A DNA stretch of 64,000 nucleotides from the NCBI RefSeq assembly GCF_000255295.1, contig NC_017030.1, positions 6,038,328 to 6,102,327 of the forward strand. The letters are read 5' to 3'. Source of the DNA: Corallococcus coralloides DSM 2259. GTDB taxonomy: Bacteria; Myxococcota; Myxococcia; Myxococcales; Myxococcaceae. This document shows, piece by piece, positions 37,460-45,932 of the stretch. The notes below the pieces were generated by a model, which saw nothing but the letters and a program-made list of their open reading frames with translations, was not told the DNA's origin and ran no database searches. Position numbers and translations under genes: made by a program. Numbering within the stretch: the stretch's first letter is position 1; each line of letters begins with the position of its first letter.

Positions 37460-38547
37460 GCACTCTCAAAGAAGCGGTCCTCTCCTACATAGACGAACAG
37501 CTCAATTCAATCCTTGCCGCCCCAGGCATGTGGGGCTCCGGAGAGAGCGTTGAGTTTCAGTTCATTCAACTCCTTGAGTTTCGTTCAGTCATACTCAGGC
37601 CTGAGTTGGAAAAAACGAATCCCCGGTCCGTCCTTGATGATTATCAAAAATTCCTAGGGGAGGCATTTCCAGGATCGCATCCCGCCCCGCTCTTTCGACT
37701 GGTCGCAAAGCACCGACGAGAACAAGATTTCACCAGCCTGCTTGAGCGATTCAGTGTTCGACAAAAACAAGTCCTATCCAGACACATCGAGAATCAGCAG
37801 CACGACATAATCATAAAGCTAAATCTATCGAAATCATATCACACCCCCCGCGCCTCGACGCTGAGCTCGTATTATGAGATATTTCATCGAGTCCTTCGAG
37901 CAGTCTCACGCAGAAGAGGCACTCGCGGACTGGCTAGCCACGACATTGAGGAGGCCATCGACTTCACCTTGCCCGATGTCATCATACAACAGGCCAATGG
38001 CGCGCCTGCAAGCATCACCATGCCGCTTGACCAGTTAGAGTCGGCAGAGCGCGAAGATGTCAGTCGTGGCATAAGCAATCTTGTAGCGGTTAGCGAATGG
38101 GCGGCAGACCCCGATGGCTCTGTCGAATCGCTTGTCAACTCAATTCCACATGAAGAGTATCCAGAGCGCATTGCGGCCCAGGCACTCCGCCTTATCCCTG
38201 GTGAGGATTTGGCCGTTCAGACTGTTGAGCTGAGTGGGACCCTTATCAGGCGCCCTAAGCCGGTCGTTCTTATGCCGTTTTATGGCGAACGAATGGTCGA
38301 GGTTGTCAGAACGAGACGAAAGGGACGCAAGTTCAATGAGTTTGGCACAATTCGAGCGGTTGACATTGATCAACTTTCAATGCGAATTAAGACAAAAAAT
38401 CGCACATACAAATGTTGGCTCAAAGACCGAACATTGCTTGAACGCGCCAAAAGGGCTCTTGGGCGGAGCGCCCAAATCGTTGGGACGATCTACAACACGC
38501 CAGGCAGTCCTGTGGTTGTTGACGTCAAAGACATAGATATTCACTGA
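37456..38547 (+). CDS. Hypothetical protein (363 aa), low-GC, second gene of the two-gene module
   Basis: ATG at 37456, translationally coupled to the upstream gene. No recognisable domain. Composition is AT-rich relative to the host. Confidence 0.55.
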   Translation: MSTLKEAVLSYIDEQLNSILAAPGMWGSGESVEFQFIQLLEFRSVILRPELEKTNPRSVLDDYQKFLGEAFPGSHPAPLFRLVAKHRREQDFTSLLERFSVRQKQVLSRHIENQQHDIIIKLNLSKSYHTPRASTLSSYYEIFHRVLRAVSRRRGTRGLASHDIEEAIDFTLPDVIIQQANGAPASITMPLDQLESAEREDVSRGISNLVAVSEWAADPDGSVESLVNSIPHEEYPERIAAQALRLIPGEDLAVQTVELSGTLIRRPKPVVLMPFYGERMVEVVRTRRKGRKFNEFGTIRAVDIDQLSMRIKTKNRTYKCWLKDRTLLERAKRALGRSAQIVGTIYNTPGSPVVVDVKDIDIH

Positions 38548-38559
38548 CACCCAATTCCG

Positions 38560-39030
38560 TTGACGATTGAGCTGCCCCTTCTGGTGCTGCGTCCCGTTCA
38601 CGTCGGCGCTAGCCCCATCCCAGCGGATCAGTTGGTCGGAACCTGGGGGCAGCGAGCACATCCTCGGGCCTCAAGTCCGAGGCAAGCTGACGATGAGGCG
38701 GGAAAGGGCATAACTGGCGAGCACGCATCGCAGGCTTCAGTGTTCCGGTCCGGATCGACGGCCAGAAACCGTCGGTTGTCGTCTCCGAGCAACAGGGTAG
38801 GCTTCAGCCCACGCTTTCGGAGAACGGCCAAAGCATCACGGGGCATTGAATCCGGCCCCACATACTCATGAGCAGGATGAAGTTCGCCGCCACGGTGAGC
38901 TGCGCTCGCTTCAGCCAAGTATCTGGCGCGGCAACGTTGCTCATATGGATGCCCAGTTTTCGCTGTATCTTGTCCCCCAGAAGCCAGCCTGATAGCTCCG
39001 TACCGGTGTTCATCCGCAACCCGGAGCGGA
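38560..39030 (+). pseudogene. Decayed 5' fragment (start codon plus ~470 nt) of a serine-hydrolase gene paralogous to 41691..43442
   Basis: ORF 38560..38871 begins MTIELPLLVLRPVHVGASPIPADQLVGTWGQ, against MTRYRFLGLLLALLPLHVGAVPMPADPLVGIWGS in the intact gene. Nucleotide similarity of ~70-75% with frameshifts continues to about 39026, including gttcatccgcaacccggagcggaacttc. Confidence 0.6.
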
Positions 39031-39136
39031 ACTTCTCACCCATTCGGCACAAGGTGGCCACCGAGCTGAACGCGGCTGGTGACATAGAAGCCGGACGCGA
39101 CGGTGCGCAAGGTGTCAGTGGGTATGATGCAGGGCC

Positions 39137-40585
39137 ATGTATCCGAGACGCCGTCTTCTGGCCCGTGGGCAGTGGTTGTTCGACCTCAGACCGCATCGGC
39201 TCATCGTCTTCCACGGAGCCGAAGGCGTGCGCCGGGAGGTCAGTGGAGACGTTCCGAATCCTCCGCCCGCGCCCGTGGTGCTCGCCGCGCTCGATGAGTC
39301 ACCGGACGTTTGCGTGGGGAGCGGGGATCGGCGTGTCTTCTCTGTGGGGGCCGGCGCGAGCGCTCCCGTTCAGCCCTTTCCGAGGAAGTGCTTCGATCTC
39401 ATCACCGATGGGGATCGGCTCATCGGAACGATGGTGGACGGCGCCCTCAAGCTGACCACCCTCTTCACGACCGATGGGTCCGGGCAGCGATGGGAACCCA
39501 TGACCTTGCCCAAGCCCGTGAGCGTCAGTCACGGGTACGGATATTCCGAGGGGCGCCCCCACCGGCAGTCCCCCGATGGGGCATTCCTCGACACGAGCCC
39601 CTTTGGCACCACCGTCGTGGAGAAGGGCCGGGGCCGCGTCTACGTGCTCCGTGCGGGGGCGGCTCAGCCGGAGGGCGCGCTTCAGGTGGAGCCGGGCCAT
39701 GAGCAGGACATCTGGCGGGCCCAGGCCACTCCCCACGGTGTGCTTCTCCTGCTCGTCATCAATTACCGGCAGACGGCGCTCCTCCACTTCGCGCTCAATG
39801 GCACCCTGCTCGGCTCCCTACCGAAGCAGGATGGTGATGACGATGAGGGTGAGGAACTGACCTGGGGCGGTGCCGGGGTGTGCGTCCTCGACGCGGACCG
39901 GGCGCTCCTCTTCGTCCAGGACAAGATCCTCCTGGTGTCCCTGCCCGGGCTCCAGGTGCTGGAGACGCTCGCGGGGGAGTGGCCCAGCTTCGTGTCCGTG
40001 ACGCCCGCGGGGCCTCACCGGTGGTGGGTGGGCCCCGAGGACAGTGACGCGCTCTTCCTGCTCACCGCCGAGCCCGGACACCCCTTGCGCCTCCACGCCT
40101 CACACCGTCCGGTGAGCCCAGGCGCGCCGCTCATGCACGTGGGCTACAAGACGCCCACGCTCCACTGGGCCGAGTACAGCTCGGCGCCGCTGACCGTGTC
40201 CGCGCCCGTGACCGAAACGTGGCGTGCGGTGGTGCGCAATGACGGGACCACGTGTGAGGCCGTGCGGATCCGCGTGTCCGGGGTGCTCGTCGGCGCTCGC
40301 GTGGTGGACGTGAGCGTGCGGTATCGCGGCCAGCCGCTCCCGATGGTGGAGGAGCACCGCGTGAACCTCGTGGGGGTTACCGCCGGACTCGAGGGAGGAG
40401 CCACCGCGGAGCTGGAGGTGACCTTCAAGCCCCGGAGCGAGGGCTCGGGAGCGCTGACCATCACCGTCGAGCCATGCTCCTGGCAGTCGCAGGGCAAAGA
40501 GTGGCAGTGGGACAAAGAGGAGTCTCGCGTCCTCGCGGTGACGGGCCATCCCGCATCCGCCCAGTTCCTGCTCACGGTGGAGTAG
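39137..40585 (+). CDS. Hypothetical protein (482 aa), high-GC
   Basis: It has coherent GC3 and a mixed composition. The start is uncertain. No assignable domain. Confidence 0.5.
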   Translation: MYPRRRLLARGQWLFDLRPHRLIVFHGAEGVRREVSGDVPNPPPAPVVLAALDESPDVCVGSGDRRVFSVGAGASAPVQPFPRKCFDLITDGDRLIGTMVDGALKLTTLFTTDGSGQRWEPMTLPKPVSVSHGYGYSEGRPHRQSPDGAFLDTSPFGTTVVEKGRGRVYVLRAGAAQPEGALQVEPGHEQDIWRAQATPHGVLLLLVINYRQTALLHFALNGTLLGSLPKQDGDDDEGEELTWGGAGVCVLDADRALLFVQDKILLVSLPGLQVLETLAGEWPSFVSVTPAGPHRWWVGPEDSDALFLLTAEPGHPLRLHASHRPVSPGAPLMHVGYKTPTLHWAEYSSAPLTVSAPVTETWRAVVRNDGTTCEAVRIRVSGVLVGARVVDVSVRYRGQPLPMVEEHRVNLVGVTAGLEGGATAELEVTFKPRSEGSGALTITVEPCSWQSQGKEWQWDKEESRVLAVTGHPASAQFLLTVE

Positions 40586-41669
40586 TGCGAACCTTCCCGG
40601 GCTCGGGCGCGGCGCTCATCTTCCAGATCAGAGCGCCCCCTCCGACGAGGACCCCCAGCCCCACTGCCGCCGCGAGGATCCAGCCTCGTCCCACGCGGGG
40701 CCGTGCCTGGTTCTCCGGGCCGTCTGGAGCCGGGGCGACGACGGTCGGGTCGTCGCTCGGAGAGACCTGCTGGACGAGCTGGGCTACCTGCCGCGAGGTC
40801 ACCGGCTCTCCCACCGAGCGGATGAAATCTTCCAGGTCCTTCCGGAACGTGTGGCAGTCCGGGTAGCGCTGGTCCCGATCCTTCGCGAGCGCCCGGGCGA
40901 GGATGGCTCGAAGGGCATCGGGCAGGTCCGGCCGGTGCTGCTCGGCGGGCACCAGGGGCTCGTATGCGACGGCCCGAAACAAGTTGAATTCGGACACGGA
41001 CTCAAAAGGTCTGTGCGTGGTGAGCATTTCGTAGAGCACCAGACCGAGTGAGTAGACGTCCACCCGCAGGTCCACCGACACGCCCATGATCTCCTCGGGC
41101 GCCATGTACCTGTACTTGCTCATGTCGGGGTAGTGGTACTCGGGAGCCCACCGTACCCGGAAGTAGTCGATGCCGAAGTCCACCACCTTGGCCGTCCCCT
41201 GGCGAGACAGGAGGATGTTGTACGGCCGGATGCAGCGGTGGATGAGCCGCAGCGGCTCGTTCGTCTTGGGCTCGGTGAGGTCGTGGGCATGGGCGAGCCC
41301 CTCGCAGGCTTGCGAGATGATGCGTGCGCACAGGGTCGCTGGGAGGGTCATCCGCTGGGTCGTCACGTGCTTGATCACCCTGCACAGACTGGGCCCATCG
41401 ATGTGCTCCCTGGCGAGGAAGTACGTGCCGTCCGTCTCACCGACGTCAACGACCTTCGCGAGGTGCGGGTGCGTGAGCCGGGCGGCATCCCTCGCCGTGT
41501 CGAGGAACATCTCCGGAAAGTTCACGTGCTCGGCCATGTCCGAGCGGAGGCACTGGAGCACCAGCGTCTTCTCGATGCCCTGAGGGTCGGTGGCCTTGGC
41601 CAGAGAATCTTCGATGATGCCTTCGACCAGCGGGCGGATGCGCTGGTATTTGCCGACTTGGGATGTCAC
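40572..41669 (-). CDS. Protein-kinase-like protein, predicted pseudokinase, with C-terminal TM anchor
   Basis: The kinase fold is recognisable (DFGIDYF, MAPEEIMG, HRPDLPDALRAILARAL), but the catalytic loop reads HRCIRPYN rather than HRD. The Gly-rich loop and the VAIK lysine are absent. The GTG start near 41669 is uncertain because it lies only ~21 nt from the divergent gene. Confidence 0.65.
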   Translation of the reverse strand: MTSQVGKYQRIRPLVEGIIEDSLAKATDPQGIEKTLVLQCLRSDMAEHVNFPEMFLDTARDAARLTHPHLAKVVDVGETDGTYFLAREHIDGPSLCRVIKHVTTQRMTLPATLCARIISQACEGLAHAHDLTEPKTNEPLRLIHRCIRPYNILLSRQGTAKVVDFGIDYFRVRWAPEYHYPDMSKYRYMAPEEIMGVSVDLRVDVYSLGLVLYEMLTTHRPFESVSEFNLFRAVAYEPLVPAEQHRPDLPDALRAILARALAKDRDQRYPDCHTFRKDLEDFIRSVGEPVTSRQVAQLVQQVSPSDDPTVVAPAPDGPENQARPRVGRGWILAAAVGLGVLVGGGALIWKMSAAPEPGKVRTTPP

Positions 41670-41690
41670 GGAGCGTATGAATAGCAGACC

Positions 41691-43442
41691 ATGACCCGGT
41701 ATCGCTTCCTTGGGCTTCTGCTGGCGCTGCTTCCTCTCCATGTCGGCGCTGTCCCCATGCCAGCGGATCCGTTGGTGGGCATCTGGGGCAGTGAGCGCAT
41801 CCTCGGGCCTCAAGTTCGGGGCGAATTGACACTGCTTCGGAACGGGGACATCTGGCGCGCGCGCATCGCGGGCTTCGATGTTCCTGCCCGGGTCGAGGGC
41901 CGGAAGGTGTCCGTCGTCTTCCCAGGAGGCGAACTCCGAGCGACGTTGGCGGAGAGCGGCCAGAGCATCACCGGCCACTGGATCCAGCCGCGCGTGCTCA
42001 TGAGCGGCATGAAGTTCGCCAGTCCGGTAGAGCTGCGCGCTCTTCAGCCGGGTGTGTGGCGAGGCACCGTGGCACCGCTGGAGGACCGGTTCTCGCTGTA
42101 TCTCGTCATCCAGAAACAGCCTGACGGCTCGGTGACGGCGTTCATCCGCAACCCGGAGCGGAACTTCGGCAACCGGATGCTGTTCCGCGTGGAGCTCCAG
42201 GACCGCACGGTCCGGCTCACGTCCACCAAGGGCAACAACCCGATTGAAGGCACGTTCGACGCGCAGTCCGGACGGCTGTCCCTCCCCTACCCTCCCTTCG
42301 ACACGACGTTCGACTTCACTCGCCGGGATCGTTCGCAGGCCGTGGGCCTCTACTCCCGCACGCCTGCTCCTGTTCCCTACGCCTACCAGAAGCCCATCGC
42401 GGAGGACGACGGCTGGACCACGGCCTCCGCCGCCGACGTCGGCATGGATGTCCAACCGCTCCAGCAGCTCGTGCAGCGCATCCTCGACCAGGAGCCGAGC
42501 CCGGAATCAGTGCCCGCCATCCAGGGTCTGCTCATCGCGCGCCATGGGAAGCTCATCGTTGAAGAGTACTTCCAGGGCTTCGACAAGGAGCGTCCCCACG
42601 ACCTGCGGTCCTCCTCCAAGTCCTACGCGTCCCTGCTGATTGGCATTGCCCTGGACCAGGGTGCCCCCTTCACCGTGGACACGCCCGTCGCCTCACTCTT
42701 CCCTGAGTACAAGGGCAAGCTCTCCAACCTGGATGCTCGCAAGCGCAAGCTCACCGTCGCGCACCTGATGACCATGGCGACGGGCCTGGCTTGTGACGAT
42801 GACGAACCGGATTCACCCGGCAACGAGGACCGGCTCGAGGACTCTGTACCGGATTGGTACAAGTACACGCTGGACCTCCCCATGGTCCGCGCTCCCGGCG
42901 GCGGGAAGGCTGTGTACTGCTCCGCGAACATCAACCTGCTGGGCGGCGTCCTCCGCAACACCACCCGCACGTGGATCCCCGAGTTCTTTACCCAGAACGT
43001 CGCCACGCCCCTCCAGATGCGCGGCTATCACCTGGACCTCATGCCCGACGGCGAGCAGTACCTGGGCGGCGGCATCTACATGCGCCCCCGGGATGCCCTG
43101 AAGCTCGGGCAGCTCTACCTCTCGGGTGGCACCTGGAACGGGAAGCGCGTGGTCAGCCAGCGCTGGGTGGAACGCTCCGTCGCGAACCAGGCGACGATGC
43201 CGGACGGACGGACCTATGGCTACACGTGGTGGCGCCATGAGCTTCGCGTCGGTGACCGTGTGTATTCGCAGTACGAGGCCAGCGGCAATGGTGGCCAGCT
43301 CGTGATGGTCGTCCCGGAGCTGGACCTCGTCGTGCTGTTCACCGCGGGCAACTACAACCACGTCGCCCTCTGGCGGAAGTTCCGAGAGGAACTCCTGCCC
43401 CGGTACATCATGGCCGCGGTCACTGCTCCCCCGCGGCCCTGA
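41691..43442 (+). CDS. Serine hydrolase, beta-lactamase/transpeptidase fold (class C/PBP-like) with ~250-aa N-terminal extension
   Basis: There is a signal peptide MTRYRFLGLLLALLPLHVGA. The S-x-x-K active-site motif SSSKSY and downstream class-C-like motifs are present. Confidence 0.8.
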   Translation: MTRYRFLGLLLALLPLHVGAVPMPADPLVGIWGSERILGPQVRGELTLLRNGDIWRARIAGFDVPARVEGRKVSVVFPGGELRATLAESGQSITGHWIQPRVLMSGMKFASPVELRALQPGVWRGTVAPLEDRFSLYLVIQKQPDGSVTAFIRNPERNFGNRMLFRVELQDRTVRLTSTKGNNPIEGTFDAQSGRLSLPYPPFDTTFDFTRRDRSQAVGLYSRTPAPVPYAYQKPIAEDDGWTTASAADVGMDVQPLQQLVQRILDQEPSPESVPAIQGLLIARHGKLIVEEYFQGFDKERPHDLRSSSKSYASLLIGIALDQGAPFTVDTPVASLFPEYKGKLSNLDARKRKLTVAHLMTMATGLACDDDEPDSPGNEDRLEDSVPDWYKYTLDLPMVRAPGGGKAVYCSANINLLGGVLRNTTRTWIPEFFTQNVATPLQMRGYHLDLMPDGEQYLGGGIYMRPRDALKLGQLYLSGGTWNGKRVVSQRWVERSVANQATMPDGRTYGYTWWRHELRVGDRVYSQYEASGNGGQLVMVVPELDLVVLFTAGNYNHVALWRKFREELLPRYIMAAVTAPPRP

Positions 43443-43449
43443 CCTGCTC

Positions 43450-44109
43450 TCAATCGCGGTCCGGCGCTCCCAGCGGGAAGAGCTTCCGGTACGGCCTCCC
43501 TCCATCCACCGCCCGAGCAACCGACGGACGCGCGAGCAACCTCGCGCGATAGGCGCGCAGCTGGGGACACGACTCGGGAATCCGGTGCGTCCAGTCCGCG
43601 TAGAACAGCGACGGTGCGGCGGCACAGTCCGCCAGCGTGAAGTCGTTGCCCACGGCCCAGGTCCGGCCCCCCAGCTGCCCTTCAATCCAGCCGTAGGCGC
43701 GCTCCAGCTTCTCCACCGCCAGCTTCATCCCGTCCTGGCGCTTCACCGGGTCCCCCGTCAGCGCACCATCCACGGCGTGCTGGGTCGCGTTCATCACGTG
43801 CAGGTCGAAGAAGCGGTCGAGGAACCGCACGTCCAGCGCGGCCAGCGGGTCCTCGGGCAGCAGGCGCACCGGCCCGGGATGCTTCAGCTGGAGATACTCG
43901 ATGATGATGCTCGTCTCGATGATGTTGCGGTCGCCGTCCACCAGCAGCGGGAACTTGCGCAGCGGCCAGCGGCGCAGCCATTCGGCTGAATGCTCAGGCG
44001 TCTCCGGGCTGATGCTTCGAAACTCGAAAGGCGTGCCGTTCTCATACAGCGCGATGAGCACCTTCTGCGTGTACGAGGAGAAATAGTGACCGTAGACCGC
44101 GAGCGACAT
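43450..44109 (-). CDS. Glutathione S-transferase
   Basis: ATG at 44107-44109 (MSLAVYGHYFSSYTQKVLIALYENGTPFEF), a thioredoxin-like GST N-terminal domain. Confidence 0.8.
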   Translation of the reverse strand: MSLAVYGHYFSSYTQKVLIALYENGTPFEFRSISPETPEHSAEWLRRWPLRKFPLLVDGDRNIIETSIIIEYLQLKHPGPVRLLPEDPLAALDVRFLDRFFDLHVMNATQHAVDGALTGDPVKRQDGMKLAVEKLERAYGWIEGQLGGRTWAVGNDFTLADCAAAPSLFYADWTHRIPESCPQLRAYRARLLARPSVARAVDGGRPYRKLFPLGAPDRD

Positions 44110-44188
44110 CCTTGGACCCTTCCATTCGACTACTTGCGTTTCACAACGGGTTGAACCGTATTTAGACCCCTTGCATACTGCAAGGAGT

Positions 44189-44701
44189 ATGGCCATGCCG
44201 CTGACAGGGCGCTCCGGCTGCCCCATCAACCTGACGCTCGAACAGCTCGGCGACCGTTGGAGCCTGATCGTCATCCGCGACGTCATGTTCGGGAACCGGC
44301 GCAGCTACGGCGACCTGCTCTCGCAGAGCGAGGAAGGCATCGCCTCCAACATCCTCGCGGACCGGCTCAAGCGCCTGACCGCGTCTGGCCTGCTGTCGCG
44401 ACGCCCGGATCCGAACCACCAGCAGAAAGGCATCTACAGCCTCACGGAGCCATCCATCCAGCTGGTGCCCCTGCTCGCGCACATGGGTGCCTGGGGCCGC
44501 CGGCACACGCAGGTGAGCGAGGAACTCTCCGTGCGCGCGGAGCTGCTGGAGAAGGGCGGCCCGTCCCTCTGGGATGCATTCATGGTCGAGCTGCGCCACC
44601 TGCACCTGGACGCGCCGCGCCCTTCTCGTTCGGTGTTCCGCGAGCTTCAGGCCGCCTATGAGAAGGCCGTCGCGCGCAAGGCCCGGGACGGAAGGCCCTG
44701 A
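44189..44701 (+). CDS. HxlR-family winged-helix transcriptional regulator (divergent from the GST gene)
   Basis: CPINLTLEQLGDRWSLIVIRDVMFG is the HxlR signature. An AAGGAG RBS sits at 44182-44187. The start is the ATG at 44189 or 44195. Confidence 0.8.
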   Translation: MAMPLTGRSGCPINLTLEQLGDRWSLIVIRDVMFGNRRSYGDLLSQSEEGIASNILADRLKRLTASGLLSRRPDPNHQQKGIYSLTEPSIQLVPLLAHMGAWGRRHTQVSEELSVRAELLEKGGPSLWDAFMVELRHLHLDAPRPSRSVFRELQAAYEKAVARKARDGRP

Positions 44702-44724
44702 AGCGGATAGCGTTCACCGCGCTC

Positions 44725-45345
44725 ATGAAAGTCCTCGGCTGGTGGATGTTCGTCCTGATGTGCGCGCTGTGGCTCCCCGCCTGCGGTCCCTACGACTGCA
44801 CCCCGGAGAACTGCGCGGACGGATGCTGCTCCGCGCTCAATGAGTGCATCCGCTACCGGAGCGACTCGGAATGCGGCCCCAATGGCGGCGTCTGTGAATC
44901 CTGCGGAGCAGGCAGTGTCTGCCGGCTGGACCAGCGCGCCTGCTACACGGGCGTGATGCGCACGTACATCCAGCCCCGGCGCGCCGTCATCGCGGACTTC
45001 GACCCGGACACGGGCGAGGACTGGGACTCCGATGGCTCTCCACCGGACGTCGTCGTGGAGATGAACTGCCCCTCCGCTCCCGAGCGCTCCCGTACCCCCG
45101 AGGACGAGAGCTGGGACCCCGAATGGCGCTCCGGCGGCTGCCAGGTCATCACCTCCAACCTCCTGCGCTACCCGCTCGAAATCTCCATTTTCGACAACGA
45201 CGACTTCACCTTCGATGACGAGTTCGGCGGCCTCTCCTACCAGGTCACCCACGCGGACCTGAACCTGGGCCGCATCGAGATCTCCCTCCCGCCCATCGTG
45301 AAGACGCTCGTGTTCGACCTGAGCCACAACTACGCGCCGCAGTGA
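44725..45345 (+). CDS. Cys-rich lipoprotein, function unknown
   Basis: The signal peptide plus lipobox is MKVLGWWMFVLMCALWLPACG, followed by multiple CxxC-type cysteines. Confidence 0.6.
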   Translation: MKVLGWWMFVLMCALWLPACGPYDCTPENCADGCCSALNECIRYRSDSECGPNGGVCESCGAGSVCRLDQRACYTGVMRTYIQPRRAVIADFDPDTGEDWDSDGSPPDVVVEMNCPSAPERSRTPEDESWDPEWRSGGCQVITSNLLRYPLEISIFDNDDFTFDDEFGGLSYQVTHADLNLGRIEISLPPIVKTLVFDLSHNYAPQ

Positions 45346-45393
45346 GCCGGGCCCGGCTGTAACCGCTCACGCGCCCCCTGCGTAGTCCTGACC

Positions 45394-45879
45394 ATGCGCG
45401 TCCACCTCCTGCCGCTCATGGTCCTGTTCGCCGCCGCCTGCGGCCCCTCCTCCTCCGTGGACGAGGGGCTCGGCGTCGTCGAGGGCATCGACACGTCCGA
45501 GAAGGGCATCACGGCCTTCGTCCGCTCGGGCCAGTACACCTCCTGGCTCGCGGAGCCCTCGGTCCACGACACGCGCGCTCCCCACGGCAGCAAGGTCCGC
45601 GTGTTCTTCAACGACGTCGTCGCGCAGTCGCTTCGCGACGGCAACGCCACGCACCCCGTGGGCAGCATCCTGGTGAAGGAGCTCTTCGAGGACGACGGGA
45701 AGACGCTCCGGGGCCACGCGCTGGACGTGAAGGTCGCCGAAGGCCCCGGCAAGGACACCTGGCTCTTCTACGAGGGCTTCGGCCCCGACTACACCCGGAA
45801 CTACTACGGACGCGCCCACTCCACCTGCCACGGCTGCCACTCGGACGGGACGGACTACGTCACCTCTCCCCTGCCCTGA
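45394..45879 (+). CDS. Cytochrome P460-like lipoprotein (c-type heme motif near C-terminus)
   Basis: The lipobox is LFAAACG. CHGCH supplies a CxxCH heme-binding motif 20 aa from the C-terminus, as in cytochrome P460. GSILVKELFEDDG resembles a conserved P460 segment. Confidence 0.55.
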   Translation: MRVHLLPLMVLFAAACGPSSSVDEGLGVVEGIDTSEKGITAFVRSGQYTSWLAEPSVHDTRAPHGSKVRVFFNDVVAQSLRDGNATHPVGSILVKELFEDDGKTLRGHALDVKVAEGPGKDTWLFYEGFGPDYTRNYYGRAHSTCHGCHSDGTDYVTSPLP

Positions 45880-45932
45880 AAATGACGACGGGCGGCCCCC
45901 TTTCGAGGACCGCCCGCCGCTGAACGGCAGGA

